NCBI RefSeq assembly: GCF_963921235.1
Contig: NC_086112.1
Location: 36,642,001-36,706,000, forward strand
DNA length: 64,000 nucleotides
From: Mobula hypostoma
Taxonomy: Eukaryota
Direction of reading: 5' to 3'
The position numbers and the translations under genes were made by a program. This document shows positions 62,350-64,000 of the stretch, piece after piece (position 1 is the stretch's first letter; each line of letters opens with the position of its first letter). The notes under the pieces are model-generated. The model was not told where the DNA came from. It saw only the letters and a program-made list of their open reading frames with translations, and ran no database searches.

Positions 62350-64000
62350 TTAAGAGGAAAAGTGTCTGAAAGGTGGATAGGTTTAAAGACAGGATACTCA
62401 GTGCTGAGTACTTTGTAGCTGAAGCTACGGAGTTAATGGTTTAGCGTTGAAAATTGTGAACATGCATTAAACCAAGGCCCCATCTGCTCGTTCAATCAGG
62501 TGTAAAAGGTGTGGCTCAAACAGAGGAAGTGTTATTAATGTGTTTGTCCCTCAATTTGCCTTCATTATTTGGTCATTTTAATATTTCTGTCTATGGGAGA
62601 TTTGCTACATGCAAACTTGCTGCTAGGGCTTCTATGACTGTAACTGCACATTAAAAAAGATGTAAGAAGTCAAATGGATGACTTTCTTGTAGTTGCACCA
62701 GATGAGTAATTACAGCAAAGGCACACAGGCCATTGAAGGAGAAACGTGAGAGCAGGAAGAGTATTTTGATTGCATCTGTGTGTTATAACAAAATTGGGTA
62801 TATGTAGAAAATCATTACATTTCTAAATTATATTATGAAAAAGGAGATAGTGGATTCAATAGAAAATGAATTTTTCTGCTGGATTTCTATTTTGTTCCAA
62901 ATGAACTAAATAGAAGAAACTAAGGCAAAATGCTGGGCATTGTATTAATAGCCATCAAAAATAAGTATGCCATCAATAGTTCCATTTAATATCACATAAT
63001 GTATACAATATACAACCTGAAATTCTTGTTCTTCACAGACATCCACGAAAACAGAAGAGCACCCCAAAGAATGAGTGACAGTAAAAATGTTGGAACCCCA
63101 AAGCCTCCCCTACTCTCTCCTCCCACGCCCAAGCAGCAGCAAAGCAATAACCCTCCCCCCCCACTTATTTCAGTAAAAAAAGCCTCAGCACCCTCAACCC
63201 ACCAAGCAAGCGATAGCAAAGTCACCGAGAAAGACCATGATCTGTAGTACAACAAAACTAATCATTGAGCCGACAATTCGACATCCCACAGGCTCTCTTT
63301 TTCCCTAATAAAGCAACAGAGAGGTATCAACTTTTCACAGCAAAAGGGGAGACCAACAAAAACAAACAACTTGCTGATTTACAGTGTTAAAGTCTGCCAC
63401 ATTGCTTTCTTTCCCCCCCGAGTTCTCTGACTCGAGAATTGGCAACAAACCTCTTCCCCCACCAACGAGAGAAAGCGAGAGAGCGAGATCCAAGTTTGGA
63501 GCCCTCTGACAACTGATTCGCTGTTCCAAAATACTCCGTGTGCAATGCTTCAGTCAGCGGCACTGGCATAGAATCTGCTGGTCTCCAGGGCAGCAAAGCC
63601 TCAGATCCTCAAAGGCATGCTCGCCTTCTAGGCTGCGTCCTTGGAATATTGAAAAACAGCCTGTCAGTGAGCTCTGGGAGTGGGTCCCCTCGCCTCAGAG
63701 AACCGAAGTTTGAGTGTAGCTCTAGGTCAGGGTTTTCGACAGAGCCCCACCAACCTTGAAAAGGGAAAAAGAGAGCCAATAAAGGTAGAAATGAAGCTGT
63801 TTCTGCAATTGAGCTCGAAGAAGTCTCTGTCGAGTACCATCGTAGCTCAGCCTCAATGGGACGGAACTTGAAAAGGGTTGAAATCTGTTGGGGCTTTGAT
63901 ATGGTTTATATTTTTATAAGGTTGGGAGGTATTGTTGAATTTAAAGTCAACTCCGAAAGAATCAGAATCAGATTTAATATCAGTGGTAGATGTCGTGAAA

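Overview
Repeat-rich vertebrate genomic DNA. A cartilaginous fish, probably a batoid, is inferred from the repeat families. Three host genes appear in the order conserved at human 9q21: the first two coding exons of CARNMT1 (minus), seven coding exons of NMRK1 (minus), and the first coding exon of OSTF1 (plus). NMRK1 and OSTF1 lie head-to-head across a CpG-rich promoter carrying two palindromic CRE sites. Most other sequence is transposon-derived: a Sushi/Tf1-like chromoviral Gypsy with a self-priming signature, a second decayed Gypsy, an internally deleted BEL/Pao element, an RNase H-bearing I-group LINE, a near-complete CR1 ORF2, Rex1/Babar and RTE fragments, tRNA SINEs, and nested Tigger, hAT and Tc1 elements. 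The most notable signal is a Penelope-like (RT + GIY-YIG) family whose 3' repeat carries a minimal hammerhead ribozyme motif (AGTC-CTGANGA-AGGG-loop-CCY-GAAAC-GTC-GACT). It occurs repeatedly, including four 180-245 bp fold-back insertions flanked by 13-16 bp target-site duplications. All calls come from reading the sequence and recalled homology; no searches were run.
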